The position numbers and the translations under genes are program-made. The notes beneath the pieces were generated by a model. That model had not been told where the DNA came from and did no database searches. It worked only from the letters and a program-made list of their open reading frames with translations. A stretch of DNA of 64,000 nucleotides, taken from the IMG/VR virus record IMGVR_UViG_3300027834_000005, positions 186,001-250,000 of that record; one strand, given 5' to 3'. Within the stretch, counting starts at the first letter, position 1; the number at the start of each line of letters is the position of its first letter. This document shows, one piece after another, positions 1 through 9,671 of this stretch.

Positions 1-243
1 AAAATCAGAAGACTGAGGCTGATACGTTCCGCGCAATTCGTAAATTTCGTCAGAGTACTTTCTTGATCTGTTTTCTAAAAATAATAAATCATCGATAGTG
101 GTTTCGTCTCCGCCACTTGCGGGACCAATATATTTATGAACATACACGCCCGTTCCACTATGTAAGAAGTAATTTTTTACAATTCTATCTTGGTAGTAGT
201 AGTTATTTCCTTTCTGCGGTTTCCATGTGCTTATACGTGGCAT
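1..243 (-). CDS. Neck protein (T4 gp14-like), N-terminal part; runs off the window
   Basis: Manual translation from ATG at 243: MPRISTWKPQKGNNYYYQDRIVKNYFLHSGTGVYVHKYIGP...LLFLENRSRKYS, which resembles jumbo-myophage gp14-like neck proteins; lies downstream of tail genes. Confidence 0.65.
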   Translation of the reverse strand, partial: MPRISTWKPQKGNNYYYQDRIVKNYFLHSGTGVYVHKYIGPASGGDETTIDDLLFLENRSRKYSDEIYELRGTYQPQSSDF

Positions 244-252
244 AATATTTCC

Positions 253-1857
253 TTAAAATTGCGTTGTTATTAATCTAGGCGCATGGTTAATTGACTTTGA
301 TAACTCATACGTATCGTAATCGTATGAATCCCTGAAACCGTCGAGACTAGAAATGCATTTGAACGGATCACTTGAACCGTCCAAGAAAGAAGTCTCTTTG
401 AAGTCGTGGCTACTCGGAAACATGCGCTCTTCCATAATGGCTAGGCCGCTATTACTAACATAAAGTATGTCGGGTATGCCATGTGAAGTTGTTTCAGGTC
501 TCACCTTCTGTATAGTATAGTTTCCAGAATTTATAGGATTTGTGTCAGTGCTCGTAATAAGAAACCAACCGCCTACGTCACTGGAAACTTCCATTAATAT
601 TTTCTTATCGTCATCGAATACGTGTAAGCGTATATACTGTATGCTAAGAGGTACAGTGGTAAAAGTCACTTCGCTTGTCTCCATGTCGCCTAGGAAACCG
701 ATATAATCAGTCACGTCGTACTCCATTTCCCACTCCAAAACGTTATTAGTGGAAGTGTCTAAACGCGTCATATTAAGTGCGCTTTTATTAGTGTCACTGG
801 ACATCCTTAAACCGTAAATGTAATCCGTATTAGTTGCTTTTCTTCTCATGATGCTGTTAAGACTGAACCATGTCACTGAGTCGGAAGTGGTTGGGTGGTC
901 GTATTGCGTGTAAACCCCATAATCAGCAAACGGGGAACTGATATCTGCTAAGTCCATGTTCGCCCCTTCGTCCTTTCCAAAAGAATATATTGTGCTATTG
1001 CTGTAGTTGGATATCATGATCGTAGCCATGTTAGAAACATCAGCAATAACCACATTATTATCACGTGCTGTGAAAAGTCCAGTTGATGTGTAATTTGGAT
1101 AGAAAAAAGAGAACCCTTGGTGAGTTACACTAGACGCGACACCACCTGAATAATTAATATCGTATGAAGTTGAAATTATACCAGAAGATTCCAAGTCAAT
1201 AGCACCCACCTCGTCCGCCGAAAAAGTCACTGTTATTCCATCGGTGGTTGATCCTTCTAGAGATGTGAAACCCGTTAGTCGCTCAGGTCTTAAATTCGAA
1301 GGCACAGGGCTTCCGTGCCCAGCAAGATTAGTTGTGAAAGTTTTATTCCATGTAGCAGAAGAACCAGACCCACTTTTCTGAAACACGTTTAGTTGTGCTT
1401 GATAGTTGGCAACAGAATCCCCATATGTCTCGACCTTTGTTCCTATGCAAATCCCTGCTATTTCAAAACCTAAGCACGTAATGTCTATGTTCGGTACTAA
1501 GCTAAATGAAATGGTATATATAATAGAACCGTCATTGTTCATGGCTACTCTGGATGCCCTAGAATTAATATAACCGTACGTCCAGCTACCAGGCAAAATC
1601 ACATCATGCTTAGTGGCCCAATTGTCTTCTGTGAAAGTTATAAACAAATCAACTACGTTATTAGTCGCTGTATTATCAGTGTAGTGGGTAGCAAGTACAT
1701 TACCGTCCTTGCTTATGCCAGATTTACCTATATCTAAAGGGTATCTATATTCTGTCGGGCCTAAATTGTTCAAAACCGCAGTCCCATTAGGTGTGCCGGT
1801 GCCGTAATTACTGAGAGGTTGCTGTGAAAGCTCAGCTATGTGTTTAATCGTGCTCAT
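253..1857 (-). CDS. Putative tail fibre / receptor-binding protein
   Basis: 534 aa, S/T/G/N-rich and beta-rich, in a late structural operon. Confidence 0.45.
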   Translation of the reverse strand: MSTIKHIAELSQQPLSNYGTGTPNGTAVLNNLGPTEYRYPLDIGKSGISKDGNVLATHYTDNTATNNVVDLFITFTEDNWATKHDVILPGSWTYGYINSRASRVAMNNDGSIIYTISFSLVPNIDITCLGFEIAGICIGTKVETYGDSVANYQAQLNVFQKSGSGSSATWNKTFTTNLAGHGSPVPSNLRPERLTGFTSLEGSTTDGITVTFSADEVGAIDLESSGIISTSYDINYSGGVASSVTHQGFSFFYPNYTSTGLFTARDNNVVIADVSNMATIMISNYSNSTIYSFGKDEGANMDLADISSPFADYGVYTQYDHPTTSDSVTWFSLNSIMRRKATNTDYIYGLRMSSDTNKSALNMTRLDTSTNNVLEWEMEYDVTDYIGFLGDMETSEVTFTTVPLSIQYIRLHVFDDDKKILMEVSSDVGGWFLITSTDTNPINSGNYTIQKVRPETTSHGIPDILYVSNSGLAIMEERMFPSSHDFKETSFLDGSSDPFKCISSLDGFRDSYDYDTYELSKSINHAPRLITTQF

Positions 1858-2768
1858 TAGTTAAAGTTCCCTATTGCTTGCCATTCTTCGCTGACTAAAT
1901 CTCTTGAACCTAAAGTGAAATATGCAAATCTAAAAGTAGAACCAACAATGTCACTATTTTTATTTACCGTTATTTCAACATCCGATGTGAGAGTTAGAAT
2001 TCCTAAGTCGGCCCCTACTATCTCAAAGTATTTAGTAGTGCTTGCCGCGTTATAATCTATATTTACCGTTATATCTGTACCGGAAGTGAATCTATATCTA
2101 GTATTGTCCACTGGGTCCAATTGGTAAGTTCCGCCATTCTGTGAAATAGACACTACAGTCACGTCGGAGATAGTAGATCTATTCGCTAGTAAGTCTATCG
2201 CATCCCCTACTGTGTCACCAGCAACACTGGAATTATTCACTATGTCGTATGGCGTAGTAGGTATCAAAGAGGATAACTCATATTGCGGAGTCTGTGACGT
2301 GCTGATTTCTGAACCTCGTGTAAGTACGGAAAACTTAACGTCTATATTGTCAGTGTACGTATCTCTCCATCTGTATATCGGGCTACCCAGATCATATGTG
2401 CTATTCTGTGAAGGAATTAAATCTTGTGAAATTCTAGCTAACGTCTGCGTTGAAACGGGTGCCCAATCATCCGAAACTGCCGAGTAATCTGCGCCAGTTA
2501 AAACCTTCATTGTGTTATCTGTTGTGTCAAACCATAACTGTCCGTTTACCGGATTGTGAGGCGGTAAATGATAAGCGTAGTTACCCATTCTCCAAATGAA
2601 AGGTTCAAAAATATCTTTGGAGTAATTAATGAAGTCCGTGCCCGTAAATAAAGGCGTAGTGGCACTGCCATTAGTTTCTCCGTCAATAACGTCAAATTCA
2701 CTGAATGTTATTTCTGGGGGCAAAACTTCCCCATTAACGAACGAAAATCTTTTTACTGTATAGCTCAT
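1857..2768 (-). CDS. Tail fibre/baseplate-associated protein
   Basis: Shared N-terminal module (PHNPVNGQLWFD) and a YDLGSPIYRWRDTY repeat typical of tail fibres. Confidence 0.6.
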   Translation of the reverse strand: MSYTVKRFSFVNGEVLPPEITFSEFDVIDGETNGSATTPLFTGTDFINYSKDIFEPFIWRMGNYAYHLPPHNPVNGQLWFDTTDNTMKVLTGADYSAVSDDWAPVSTQTLARISQDLIPSQNSTYDLGSPIYRWRDTYTDNIDVKFSVLTRGSEISTSQTPQYELSSLIPTTPYDIVNNSSVAGDTVGDAIDLLANRSTISDVTVVSISQNGGTYQLDPVDNTRYRFTSGTDITVNIDYNAASTTKYFEIVGADLGILTLTSDVEITVNKNSDIVGSTFRFAYFTLGSRDLVSEEWQAIGNFN

Positions 2769-3718
2769 ATCTCATAACCTCTAGACACTAGAACATCAAA
2801 AGTGTAAAGTTCATCTGTTTTTAAAATTGTCATTAATAATGGACCGTTATAGATGAGATTATTAAATCTATTAACGTTTCCGTTTATGTAGTTGTAATTA
2901 TACAGCGGAGGTAATACAATACTCATCCCGTATAATGCGGCGTCTTGTAAAATAACCATAAGTTGGGTATCGCCCTCAATGGTACGTTCTCTGAAGTCAA
3001 AAGTAACTTTTGTAATATTTACATCGGTATTTACATCAGTTAGGTTATAAATTAATGTCGTGTTCTTAACTAAATCTGCCTCTTCATATGTGGTTCTGTT
3101 TAACAGAGAGTCATTAATTACGGTTGTCGTCCACGGTGTATCCTGATTCACATTAGTGCCATCAACTAGATCGTCCAGATCTTTCATTAATGTTGTGTTG
3201 GCTGGGATTGCGCCAGACTCTTCATATAGATTGTCAGAGTACACTAAAGAGCTGTTACTATTGAAATCGATGACTATATCTTTTACACTACCGTAAGCAT
3301 TTTCATAATTAAATGTTTCCGTGTATAAACCTCCAGTGTATAAATTGTTATATCTTAAAAGGTCAGTGCCGACATCTGAAGAAATTCCGAAATCAGGATA
3401 CACGGGTGTGTCTACCGCTTCGGTATTTAATATTCCAGTAGTGAGTGGCTGCCAGATATTATCTGTGTTATATACCATAACTACATTATTAACGGAATCA
3501 AACCATGTTTGCCCAACAATAGGATTATCAGGAGATGTACTATTGTAGAAATTACTACTGATCCATATCGCATTCTCTGATAAAGTCTTCGCAAAGTCTT
3601 CGTAACCGTTACCTAAAATGGGTATAGAAAATGAACCTTCATTTAATGTGAAGTCTTGCATCTCCGACCCAGATTTACCATCACGAAATTCGTTATACTG
3701 CCTTATGCTAAAAGTCAT
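2765..3718 (-). CDS. Tail fibre/baseplate-associated protein
   Basis: ILGNGYEDF..SENAIWISSNF..PDNPIVGQTWFD module; likely start MTFSIRQY at 3718. Confidence 0.6.
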   Translation of the reverse strand: MTFSIRQYNEFRDGKSGSEMQDFTLNEGSFSIPILGNGYEDFAKTLSENAIWISSNFYNSTSPDNPIVGQTWFDSVNNVVMVYNTDNIWQPLTTGILNTEAVDTPVYPDFGISSDVGTDLLRYNNLYTGGLYTETFNYENAYGSVKDIVIDFNSNSSLVYSDNLYEESGAIPANTTLMKDLDDLVDGTNVNQDTPWTTTVINDSLLNRTTYEEADLVKNTTLIYNLTDVNTDVNITKVTFDFRERTIEGDTQLMVILQDAALYGMSIVLPPLYNYNYINGNVNRFNNLIYNGPLLMTILKTDELYTFDVLVSRGYEI

Positions 3719-4587
3719 ACAATATCTCCAGTTACTAACCATGTATTATGTGTGCCTTGGTTAAATTTAGTAATGTAAGCCCCACCGTTTATAGTTAATG
3801 TTGTTAATGCCATATCAAAATTAAAATTATCACTTGAACCAACAGGGACATTCATAGTAAAATTCTGTGTACTAGAAACTACAGTAAATGATATAAGATC
3901 GTCGGTGTCTGTTTCTACTAACGGAACGTCAGCATCTAAAGCGCCAATAAAAACATATGATGCATTATTTATAGCCATTATTTCCGTTACGGAATCATCT
4001 AATCTAGTAACCGAGTTTGAGAATTCACTGTTATCATTCACATGATCTAAAACTTCAGTGACAGTTTGGTTCTGTAAGTTACTTCCGACATGTATTACTT
4101 CGTCAGACGTGACTATGAACGATTCCTCTAGTGTTTTAAAATTGCCTGTTACTGGGTCGGTGATGTAAATTATATTTGTACTGATATTATCAACGTATAT
4201 ATTCTCCCATGTGTTTGTACTAAGACCAAAATCGAAACTTACATCAAATTCTGGAATAATACTGGAATCGGACACATCAACTGTGTTAGGATTTAAAACT
4301 ATAGGATTAAATATGTCTTCAGTTTGACCAACTAATACTTTGAGGCTGTTGTTATATATTAACGTGCCAGCTAACATAGAATCTCCTAGATTTTGGGGGG
4401 TACTAGTATTAAAATTCTCCAGCATATACATATGTTGTTGAGCAAGAATAGGTCCATAATTAACGTAGTCCTTACCAATCAACGGCAAAGTTACGTCAGT
4501 GTTTACTGTGTTGTCATCCACGGTAATAGTCGTTCCTTCTGGAATACCAGATCTGTACTCTTTATATGTTAAAGGTTTAAAAGTCAT
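3715..4587 (-). CDS. Tail fibre/baseplate-associated protein
   Basis: LPLIGKDYVNYG...MLENF module, paralogous to neighbours. Confidence 0.6.
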   Translation of the reverse strand: MTFKPLTYKEYRSGIPEGTTITVDDNTVNTDVTLPLIGKDYVNYGPILAQQHMYMLENFNTSTPQNLGDSMLAGTLIYNNSLKVLVGQTEDIFNPIVLNPNTVDVSDSSIIPEFDVSFDFGLSTNTWENIYVDNISTNIIYITDPVTGNFKTLEESFIVTSDEVIHVGSNLQNQTVTEVLDHVNDNSEFSNSVTRLDDSVTEIMAINNASYVFIGALDADVPLVETDTDDLISFTVVSSTQNFTMNVPVGSSDNFNFDMALTTLTINGGAYITKFNQGTHNTWLVTGDIV

Positions 4588-5177
4588 TATATTCTAACCC
4601 AAAGGTCTCCGTTATTTCCGCCCGTTGGGGCACTTGAAGACACGTTAATATTGTAACTTGACGCGCCAGTAGGTCCGGTAGCTCCGGTGGCACCAGTAGC
4701 TCCAGTTGGGCCAATAGGACCAGTAGGCCCATCAGCACCTATAGGTCCAGCAGGACCAGGTACTAAGCTGTCGTCCCCTGTTAAACCTTGTATGCCTTGA
4801 GGTCCAGTAGGACCATCAACACCTTGAATACCTTGAGGCCCAGTGTCACCTTGAACACCTTGCGGTCCTTGTTCACCAGAACTAGAAACTTGTATCCAAT
4901 CCGCAACACCGTTAGACGGAGCAATATTAACCATTAGTGTTGCGTTAATATTATCAAACCATAACTGTCCTTGCACCGGATTAGAAGGTTCAGCGCCACC
5001 AGCAAAATTTTCTAATTGCCATGTTAGTGCTTCCGCTATACTTTCAGGATACGCAACTACCCCTATACCTGTGAGAGGTATATCGGTTTTATCATATGTG
5101 ACTGCGCCGTCATCTACTGTGATGGAACCTGAGTTTCCGTTTAGGTACTCTCTGTAAAATCTTATCTTATAAGACAT
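4587..5177 (-). CDS. Collagen-like tail fibre protein
   Basis: [18 protein letters not shown] module, Gly-X-Y repeats and [13 protein letters not shown]-terminus. Confidence 0.75.
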   Translation of the reverse strand: MSYKIRFYREYLNGNSGSITVDDGAVTYDKTDIPLTGIGVVAYPESIAEALTWQLENFAGGAEPSNPVQGQLWFDNINATLMVNIAPSNGVADWIQVSSSGEQGPQGVQGDTGPQGIQGVDGPTGPQGIQGLTGDDSLVPGPAGPIGADGPTGPIGPTGATGATGATGPTGASSYNINVSSSAPTGGNNGDLWVRI

Positions 5178-5205
5178 GCTTTAGCCTCGCTTAAATATTT
5201 TTATA

Positions 5206-5739
5206 TTATGTAAATGTTACGGTGTAGGTTTCATATGACGTGAAGAACTGAGTCAAACCAGTAATATGCCAACTGGAAGATCCTCCAGAACTTCCGTATA
5301 CCATACTGGACCTGTCATATGATATGTTTATACCTGGTCCAGTAACTGTCACTGTGTTCCAGTCACTATTACCAGTGCCGCTCATGCTCACCCTGAAATT
5401 GGCAGGGTTATAAGAGGTAGTGGTTAGCCATGTTATTTGTCTACCCGTAGAACCTAGAGCGCTTGGGGTTATTGAACCAGAAAATGCGTTATTAGGTAGG
5501 CCTCTAAAGCCCTTTTCTCCTGGCCCTAAAGGCGTCGGTTCCGCGTACAGCGTATGTACAGAGATAACTCCTTCGTCCCAGAACTGAACTGTGGACCCAT
5601 TGTCTCTAGTCCATGCGTCTTTGACTTCCTGCCAGCCAGATGCCGACTTTCTGTATATATTCTTTACTATTTTCCATGTACCTGAGTCATTTACGTGAAC
5701 CGAGGTAACATTATCTGACTTTGGCATTATGCTCTCCAT
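5206..5739 (-). CDS. Tail fibre-associated protein
   Basis: VNDSGTWKIVK..WQEVK..W repeats; preceded by late-promoter-like TGATAAATA on the minus strand (~5749-5757). Confidence 0.5.
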   Translation of the reverse strand: MESIMPKSDNVTSVHVNDSGTWKIVKNIYRKSASGWQEVKDAWTRDNGSTVQFWDEGVISVHTLYAEPTPLGPGEKGFRGLPNNAFSGSITPSALGSTGRQITWLTTTSYNPANFRVSMSGTGNSDWNTVTVTGPGINISYDRSSMVYGSSGGSSSWHITGLTQFFTSYETYTVTFT

Positions 5740-5806
5740 TAGTTACTACTATTTATCAAACTTTTACTTGACTAATGTTCGAGTTTGAAGTACAATTTGT
5801 GAAAAT

Positions 5807-6283
5807 TTGGAGATAAACATGGATAAAATATACGAAATCGGCGTTGACTTCAGCTGTCCAGACCAGAAAGACTATTTTTCTGTCGTCGAGTCAGTGAATG
5901 ATGCTGAGTTTTTAGGCGGAACCTACGCTACTGACGAATCTGCCTTAGACAGAGGGACTCTTTACGTTCATCGCAAGGCTAGTTCATTGGATGAGGCTTT
6001 TAAAGTCGTTCGCGGAGCATTTACTGGTAATGGTAAAGTAATCAATATGAGAGATATGCGTGTTGAGTCATTTACTTTAGATCGTGTTCAAGCTGGATAT
6101 CTTCCAGATGGATATGTGCATGTATCAGATAGAAACCCGAATGCAACTGGTTTTTATTGGTGTTTATGTAGAACAGGTAGTATTAGTGCTAAGTTATCTT
6201 TTCAGAAAGTCCATTTCAAGAAAGAACATAACTCACGTTGGGTTGCCGGTGATTGGACTACTGTCCTAGCATGGGCAACATAA
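5807..6283 (+). CDS. Hypothetical protein
   Basis: ORF downstream of a TTGACT..TACAAT promoter with GGAG SD; likely start 5819. Confidence 0.6.
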   Translation: MEINMDKIYEIGVDFSCPDQKDYFSVVESVNDAEFLGGTYATDESALDRGTLYVHRKASSLDEAFKVVRGAFTGNGKVINMRDMRVESFTLDRVQAGYLPDGYVHVSDRNPNATGFYWCLCRTGSISAKLSFQKVHFKKEHNSRWVAGDWTTVLAWAT

Positions 6284-6623
6284 TGTACGAATGGTTATGT
6301 AAGTTGTTTGTTGGGCACTTACATAAGTGGGATACGGTAAAAGAAGTTAGAGTGTATAATGAAACGTGGGACGGGAAGACATGTGCGGACGTCATTCATT
6401 TACAGTGTGAAATATGTGGTAAAGTGAAACATACGAAAATTAATTACGGTAATGTTTGACACGAACTTGAAAATCATATATAATGCACAGCATGAAGACT
6501 ATGAGTCGTAGCCACATAAGAGGGTTACGGTTATCAGGTTAGATTCAAGTGGGGAGGAATATGTTCTTTCTAGAAGATCAGAACAATCTCCACGTTTTAT
6601 TTTAAATAAAACAAAAAGAATGG

Positions 6624-6737
6624 TTGACAAGAGTAGCAAGTTGTTATATAATGTGCACCTCAAGTCGAGACAGTAAATAAACGTTTTAAAATAAATATTT
6701 ATTTAGTGTTGACAACCAGTTTAAAGCGTGATATAAT
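6624..6737 (+). promoter_or_regulatory. Tandem sigma70-type promoters (rrn P1/P2-like) driving the ncRNA/tRNA unit
   Basis: TTGACA-N17-TATAAT at ~6624-6652 and ~6708-6737; GC-rich discriminator GCGCCC after the second. Confidence 0.75.
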
Positions 6738-6804
6738 ATGCGCCCTCAGAGACTAAATCAATACGATCTTCGGATCTTAATGATTTGATCTTTGATCAAC
6801 AAGT

Positions 6805-7712
6805 TTAAGGATGTATAATCCTACAGCCGTAGTAATGCGGGGAAGGGCGGATCTACTAACAGACCGTCACCAGTTAACCTTTGGTTTTCGGGTAAATTAT
6901 GCAAGCCGAGTTACCTGTGACTTCGTACAAACGGAGAACATGGTGTAAGCATCAGGGGTAAAATGAGATCAGGGCAACGCTGAGATCTTAGTCGGAGATG
7001 AGAATTTCCTTCACTCATACGCCTTATCGGGCAGATGTGATACCAGCAGTGACAAAGGGTAGGGTAATTGTTTGAGTCAGTGATGACAAGAGCTTTTATT
7101 CATTCTAGAGTGATCCTTCGGGTGACCTTGTTAGATGAACAGGTGTTAAAACTTGGGAGTCTTGAAAGAACGTACGGATTAGCCTCATCGGGTGAAAGTA
7201 CATAGAGATGTTGTGTATTCTGTCGCTAGAAATAGTTATGGAGCATTGTCAGCACACGTCTTGGTTAGATACAACTTAACGGTTTAGCTCAGTTGGTAGA
7301 GCGCTTGATTCAGACTCAAGAGGTCGGTGGTTCAAATCCATTACTCGTTTACTTAATTAAAGTAAAAAAAACGCAAAGTTGTTGACGGCATAGAAGAGAA
7401 AATATCGTAATCCCGTGCATCCTCGGATGAACACGTGGTCAAAGAGAACCTGCAAAGTGATCTTTGGTTTGAAGGATTCTGCACTTTGGGCTGCAACCCT
7501 TAACTGCCTGCGAAGGTAGAAGGAAAGAAGAATTCAGAGTATCTCTATGTGACAGTGGAACCGCCTTTCCACTTAAAATAAGGCCGATATGGTAAGATAC
7601 TGGGATGGACCTACGGGTTGTCTCAGTGGATAAGTTCTTAACCGTGCATGAGCAATGTACGAGGTACGGGAACGTAAAGACTTACCGATTGTACGTATAA
7701 TCTCAACGTATT
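6805..7712 (+). ncRNA. GOLLD-like giant structured RNA (~900 nt) with an embedded tRNA-like domain
   Basis: No ORF of 60 aa or more in any frame; many GNRA/UUCG-capped hairpins; long-range pairing GGTAAG/CTTACC near the 3' end; next to a tRNA cluster; ends TAATCTCAACGTA-T-run. Boundaries are approximate. Confidence 0.6.
7278..7350 (+). tRNA. tRNA-like element (anticodon CAG, short variable loop, no CCA) inside the giant ncRNA
   Basis: AACGGTT-TAGCTCAGTTGGTAGAGC-CTTGA TTCAGAC TCAAG-GGTGG TTCAAAT CCATT-ACTCGTT. Confidence 0.6.
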
Positions 7713-7720
7713 TTTATTTT

Positions 7721-7861
7721 AAAGTTCTTAGTGGTTGGTATTTGAAGAGAAAGGGGATAGGTTAGCTGTCGCAGTGATATGCGGTCCTCAATAAATATCA
7801 TAAACGTCCTACATCTGCTAGGATTTGGCCAACACTGATAGTATCAACCCCTAAGAATTTT
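7721..7861 (+). ncRNA. Putative ~140 nt structured RNA closed by a long terminal stem
   Basis: AAAGTTCTTAGTGGTTGGTAT pairs with GTATCAACCCCTAAGAATTT. Confidence 0.45.
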
Positions 7862-8081
7862 TTACTTTATGTGGATATCGTTATGATAATTACAGCTAGA
7901 GATTTAATGCCGAAGTACGGTGATGACGAAGATGATCTGTCATTATCAGACGTAGGACGTATAGAATCTCAGATAGAGAGTAACTTAGCGCAGTCTAAGC
8001 AAATACTTGAAGATTTGGACACCGTTAAAGAGGAATTAAACTTCCTTCGACGTATAGTTCGCTTCTTACGTTAGATAATAT

Positions 8082-8157
8082 GCTTGCGTAGCTCAGTTGG
8101 TAGAGCAGCTCACTTGTAATGAGCAGGTCACAGGTTCGACTCCTGCCGCAAGCTCCA
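8082..8157 (+). tRNA. tRNA-Thr(TGT)
   Basis: Cloverleaf, GCTCA CTTGTAA TGAGC, CCA end. Confidence 0.95.
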
Positions 8158-8164
8158 TTTTTAC

Positions 8165-8249
8165 GGTGCCCATCTGGGGAAAGGCTTGAGTTGAAACATA
8201 CTCGGTAGGATACTTCGGTATCTGAAGTGGGGATCAGGTCCCGCCACCA
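8165..8249 (+). ncRNA. tRNA-like RNA ending in CCA (non-canonical)
   Basis: GGTG../..CACCA ends, internal hairpins GAGT..ACTC and GGATAC TTCG GTATCT, T-arm-like GTGGG..CCCGC. Confidence 0.4.
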
Positions 8250-8258
8250 TTTTTTAAT

Positions 8259-8333
8259 TCCACAATAGCTCAGCGGTAGAGTAGGTGACTGTTAATCACT
8301 TGGTCCTTGGTTCGATCCCAAGTTGTGGAGCCA
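8259..8333 (+). tRNA. tRNA-Asn(GTT)
   Basis: Cloverleaf, GGTGA CTGTTAA TCACT, CCA. Confidence 0.95.
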
Positions 8334-8350
8334 TTTTTAGAAGGTGTTAT

Positions 8351-8587
8351 ATGACAAGTTATAGCGAACTTAGCGATGTAGCACTTAGTGCCAAAATAAT
8401 GGAACTTGAGTATGACTTACGTAGAGCAAAAGCTGTGCAGAATCGCAGAGTTGGTAGTGCAACGTGGGAATGTGAAGAGTGCGGGTATAGACATACGGAT
8501 GCGGACATAGTAATATCTCATCTTGAGACGGTCCATAAATATCCACGTGAAGATGCGAACTTAAGTACTATTAGGGTACATTCATAA
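8351..8587 (+). CDS. Small C2H2 zinc-finger-like protein
   Basis: CEECG...HLETVH; AAGGTG SD before ATG 8351. Confidence 0.55.
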   Translation: MTSYSELSDVALSAKIMELEYDLRRAKAVQNRRVGSATWECEECGYRHTDADIVISHLETVHKYPREDANLSTIRVHS

Positions 8588-8610
8588 AAGAATTAGTAGA
8601 AAATAAATAT

Positions 8611-8685
8611 GCGGGTGTAACTCAGCGGTAGAGTGTGTGGTTTCCAACCATTTCGTCGCAGGTTCGATCCCTGTCACCCGCTCCA
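8611..8685 (+). tRNA. tRNA-Gly(TCC)
   Basis: GCGGGTG acceptor, TTTCCAA loop, TCCA end. Confidence 0.9.
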
Positions 8686-8699
8686 AATTAAGTATGGGC

Positions 8700-8730
8700 A
8701 GAGAGAGTTCGAACCTCTCCACCCGCTCCA
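8700..8730 (+). pseudogene. 3' remnant of a tRNA (T-arm plus acceptor strand)
   Basis: GAGAG TTCGAAC CTCTC CACCCGCTCCA repeats the 3' end of the tRNA-Gly just upstream. Confidence 0.6.
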
Positions 8731-8752
8731 AATTAAAATACACGGATGTATC

Positions 8753-9100
8753 ATGGACACAGTTAATATTAATCGTTTAGAACTACTAGAAATCGTTAAA
8801 GCGAATCTAGAAACCCACAAGACAGATATTTTATCTGCTAAAACCGCACGTTTAGCACAGTACAAAGCTGATGTGGCTAAGGCGTTAGATGATCCAGAAG
8901 GATTACGGGAAATAACTGTTCCTAAAGTGCCAGATAACACTACTGAGTATGAGAGTACAGTTCGTAAATTAGAATTATCGGTAGATGACGTGATTGCATT
9001 AGAATCACATGAGTTTGACAACTATGTGATGGATAAATGGCACAGTACGCGTTTGTTAAAAGGTATGTTGAACACCTATAGTGCTTCGGGTATGCTTTAA
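8753..9100 (+). CDS. Hypothetical phage protein
   Basis: ORF from ATG 8753 (MDTVNINRLELL...). Confidence 0.65.
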   Translation: MDTVNINRLELLEIVKANLETHKTDILSAKTARLAQYKADVAKALDDPEGLREITVPKVPDNTTEYESTVRKLELSVDDVIALESHEFDNYVMDKWHSTRLLKGMLNTYSASGML

Positions 9101-9104
9101 TAGC

Positions 9105-9566
9105 ATGAAGAGTTTATTATTTGTCTTACTGCTGACATTTAGTGGCATAACAAATGCATCGTATCTGCTTATGCCAATCGATGGTGTGTATGATGGAGAT
9201 ACGATATATACTCACTTTCATGAGAAGAGAATACCTCCACCACTTAATGTATTGCGTGTTAGGGTTCAACACATAGATACACCTGAAATGCCTGCGGCGT
9301 CTTATGTTGAGACTGGCAAGCTTAATAAGGCTAAGTGTGACGCAGAAGCATTACTTGCAACACAAGCTAAGTTTGCATTAGTTAAGATGATTGGTGATTC
9401 AACTACCATGAAGTTAACTAATTTTGACTGGGGTTCATACCCTAGGAGAATTGTAGCCGACGTCAAGATTAATGGTCAAGACGTAGGACAGTTTCTGATA
9501 AATAACGGATATGCCGTCTACGATGATGGCAAAACATCAGTTGATAATAAAGACTGGTGTAAATGA
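9105..9566 (+). CDS. Thermonuclease (SNase) family protein with signal peptide
   Basis: VYDGDTI, RVQHIDTPE and DVGQFLINNGYA motifs. Confidence 0.85.
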   Translation: MKSLLFVLLLTFSGITNASYLLMPIDGVYDGDTIYTHFHEKRIPPPLNVLRVRVQHIDTPEMPAASYVETGKLNKAKCDAEALLATQAKFALVKMIGDSTTMKLTNFDWGSYPRRIVADVKINGQDVGQFLINNGYAVYDDGKTSVDNKDWCK

Positions 9567-9572
9567 TTTAAT

Positions 9573-9650
9573 TGCGCGGTAGTGAAGCTTGGTCATCACG
9601 CAAGGCTCATAACCTTGAGATCGGCGGTTCGAATCCGTCCTGCGCTACCA
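9573..9650 (+). tRNA. tRNA-Met(CAT), initiator-like
   Basis: CAAGG CTCATAA CCTTG; 1:72 mismatch; CCA. Confidence 0.85.
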
Positions 9651-9671
9651 AATTCTATTAGGTCTTAAGAC

